DNA from: a virus
Reading direction: 5' to 3' (one strand)
Length of the DNA: 53,523 nucleotides
Virus record (IMG/VR): IMGVR_UViG_3300029825_000389
Location: 1 to 53,523 of that record
Positions 51,651 through 53,523 of this stretch are shown piece by piece. Positions within the stretch are counted from its first letter, which is position 1, and every line of letters begins with the position of its first letter. The position numbers and the translations under genes were made by a program. The notes under the pieces were generated by a model. It saw nothing but the letters and a program-made list of their open reading frames with translations. It was not told the DNA's origin and searched no databases.

Positions 51651-52652
51651 TTATTGATTTAACTTTTTGAATTCAGATTTTACGTCTTCATTATTTACAT
51701 CAACATAGATCATCGTTGTGTCAAGATTTGAATGGCCGAGAATTTTTTGGATAGATGTAATTTTCATACCTTGTGCTAGAGCCATAGTCGCGGAGCTATG
51801 TCTTAATTTATGAGGAAACACAGGTATATTAATACCTGCTGCCTTTGCTATTTTAGATATTTCTTTTTCAACAGATCTGTTACTAAGTCGTTTGAATGGA
51901 TATTTTGAAGAAATAAAAAGAGCATTGTTTATAATACCCTTTTTCTCTCTTTCTTTTAAATATTTCTTTATATATAATTTTGATTTTGGATTTAAATAAA
52001 CAGTCCGTTCCTTAGAACCTTTCCCTATAACATTTAGCTCAGATTTATCAAATTTAATATCTTCAATATTTACATTTACCATTTCACTTAATCTGCACGC
52101 TGTACTAAATAGAAACTCCAAGATGCAACGTTGGCGTGTCGTCTTACATGCATCTCGTAATAGCTCTAATTGATCTTGCGTAAGAGATTTTCTAAGATGT
52201 TTGTCTACTTTAATATTTTTAATCTTTTTCATGGGATTTTTAACTATCATTTCTTCATTTTTTAACCATCCAAAAAATGATTTTAATATACTTATTTTAT
52301 TGCTTAACGTAGTTTTTTTAACTCCAGTATTTGTTACAGCCGCAAGGTACATTCTTATATCTACAGTTGTTATAGAATTTATTGGTCCATGGCAAAAACT
52401 TGCAAATTTTAATAATTGTAATTTGTAATTATTAATTGTCAGAGGACTTGCGCCATCTAACTCTTTTACAGCTAGAAAATATTGAATTTTTTCTTCAATA
52501 TCTGAAGCTACAAGAGATTTTTCGACTGGATGAATTTCGTAGTTGACTAAAACTTCATCTATCAAATTCCTGATCTTGATTTGATCTAATTCTGGTAATT
52601 CTAAAGATAATTTCCCTACCAATTTGATTGTTACTTCCTCATTACTGTTCAT
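51651..52652 (-). CDS. XerC/XerD-like tyrosine recombinase
   Basis: N-terminal SAM-like domain. ACRLSE, HKLRHSSAT and LGHSNLDTTMIY catalytic motifs. Confidence 0.85.
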   Translation of the reverse strand: MNSNEEVTIKLVGKLSLELPELDQIKIRNLIDEVLVNYEIHPVEKSLVASDIEEKIQYFLAVKELDGASPLTINNYKLQLLKFASFCHGPINSITTVDIRMYLAAVTNTGVKKTTLSNKISILKSFFGWLKNEEMIVKNPMKKIKNIKVDKHLRKSLTQDQLELLRDACKTTRQRCILEFLFSTACRLSEMVNVNIEDIKFDKSELNVIGKGSKERTVYLNPKSKLYIKKYLKEREKKGIINNALFISSKYPFKRLSNRSVEKEISKIAKAAGINIPVFPHKLRHSSATMALAQGMKITSIQKILGHSNLDTTMIYVDVNNEDVKSEFKKLNQ

Positions 52653-52676
52653 TTTTACCTCCCTGGCCTGCAGAAA

Positions 52677-52713
52677 TAGAATATATCCCTGCCAGCCAGG
52701 GTAGTATATTCTA
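52677..52713. promoter_or_regulatory. Nested palindrome TAGAATATA-T-CCCTG-CCAGC-CAGGG-TAG-TATATTCTA upstream of the Xer-like gene
   Basis: Read directly. It is a GC island in AT-rich DNA. Confidence 0.5.
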
Positions 52714-53115
52714 CCCTGTAGGCATTTTTAATTTTTTTATTTTGTTAGTCTACTAAAACCAATATTTTGTTTGTTACTTTATTTTTAAAGCAAAATATTT
52801 TATTTACTCATTTCTATTGTGTAATCTTTTTGCATAAAAATTTTATTTATAAAAAATATTTTTTATATTTTTTATAAATGTTAGCCCAAAAGCCAAAACA
52901 AAATGTTATCTAAATAGACATTAACTAAATTCTTTTTCATACATATATTATGTGATGTTTTTATTATTTTGAGTTCACATTGACACATGGGAAAAAATTT
53001 AAAATGTTTATATCTCTTTTTTTGGTTTAGTAATTAATTATTGAACTATATCAAAATGTAAGATATACTTAAAATAATGCGGTTTATGAATTAATTGATA
53101 AACGGAGGTAATAAC

Positions 53116-53523
53116 ATGCCAAGGGTAACAATAAAGTCGCTTGAACAGAAAATAGAAGATTTAAAATTTATTAGTGAATATCAAAGTAACGAAATAAATA
53201 AACTTAATACTGAGATAGATACTTTAAAAGATAGTAAAAATGTAGTTTCTGTAGAAGAATATAATTTTCTACTTAAGCAGCTGGAAGTGCAAAAGCAAAG
53301 TACTGCTGAATATAAAAAGTTATATGAAGATCTAAAAGAGAAATATAGTAAGAAATGCTATATAGATAGTTCAGAAATAAAACTGAACGCAAGAAATGCA
53401 GGTAGGAAGATGTATTCTAACAAAGAAGTGATTGAAAAAATATATAAGTTCTATGTAGAAGGTAAGAGCCTGCGAGAAATTGCAAATGAACTAAATAGTA
53501 CAGGAATTAAAACTAATCGCAAT
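53116..53523 (+). CDS. 5' part of the wrap-around recombinase-domain gene (continues at 100..234; about 180 aa in total)
   Basis: SD acggaggt followed by ATG 53116. Coiled-coil N-terminus. In frame with 4..234 through the overlap. Confidence 0.55.
   Translation, partial: MPRVTIKSLEQKIEDLKFISEYQSNEINKLNTEIDTLKDSKNVVSVEEYNFLLKQLEVQKQSTAEYKKLYEDLKEKYSKKCYIDSSEIKLNARNAGRKMYSNKEVIEKIYKFYVEGKSLREIANELNSTGIKTNRN
53425..53523. repeat. Terminal overlap copy 2 (identical to 1-99)
   Basis: Exact 99-nt identity. Confidence 0.9.

Noticed and set aside
1769-52428. The many 60-160-aa ORFs in the track that lie antisense to long genes (for example 1769..1969, 4098..4301, 6999..7199, 10551..10790, 13520..14101, 14758..15102, 15523..16618, 19185..19490, 19822..20250, 23739..24008, 25440..25956, 26278..26757, 35053..36531, 37470..37724, 39967..40662, 43408..44184, 48813..48998, 52201..52428)
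   Set aside because: They are T-rich (F/L/I/S-rich) mirror images of A-rich genes, lack SD sequences and overlap well-supported genes completely. This is the expected shadow-ORF pattern in AT-rich DNA.

Overview
The first 99 nt (1-99) are identical to the last 99 nt (53425-53523). The window is therefore best read as one closed 53,424-bp circular replicon whose contig ends overlap.

The content is a very AT-rich, Clostridium/Bacillus-style contractile-tail (PBSX/Xkd-like) temperate phage that also carries plasmid-maintenance functions, so I interpret it as a phage-plasmid. These functions are a ParM/ParR-like pair with an iteron centromere, a winged-helix Rep-like gene with flanking iterons, two tyrosine recombinases, and a catalytic-domain-less recombinase-type DNA binder.

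Nearly all phage genes run on the minus strand, in this order:
- early/replication module, about 44.7 to 34.5 kb: Cro-like, Rha, sigma factor, RecT, exonuclease, HD hydrolase, SSB, ERCC4-type nuclease, primase-helicase
- ArpU-like late regulator
- TerS and TerL
- portal, head morphogenesis protein, scaffold, major capsid
- connectors, sheath, tube, chaperones, tape measure
- baseplate and fibres
- XhlA, amidase, holin

The plus strand holds small islands, each with its own near-consensus promoter: CI-like/XRE repressors, RHH proteins, one tnpB and small Cys-rich proteins.

The most interesting observations:
1. Four selfish-nuclease genes (two tnpB, one multi-zinc-ribbon PD-(D/E)xK-type homing endonuclease, one GIY-YIG endonuclease) are each paired with a divergently transcribed RHH gene of about 50 aa. 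In three pairs the two back-to-back promoters share or overlap the -35 hexamer. In the two tnpB elements the RHH gene sits where tnpA normally sits.
2. A group I (IA-like) intron carrying a homing-endonuclease ORF lies at the boundary between the tape measure and the lytic-transglycosylase gene.
3. A convergent two-gene cassette of small Cys-rich proteins of unknown function occurs twice.
4. The phage sigma-factor gene needs a -1 shift in an A-run.
5. There is a type I toxin-antitoxin-like locus, and small-RNA-like units lie around the Rep gene.

All calls come from reading the sequence and the ORF translations. No database search was run.
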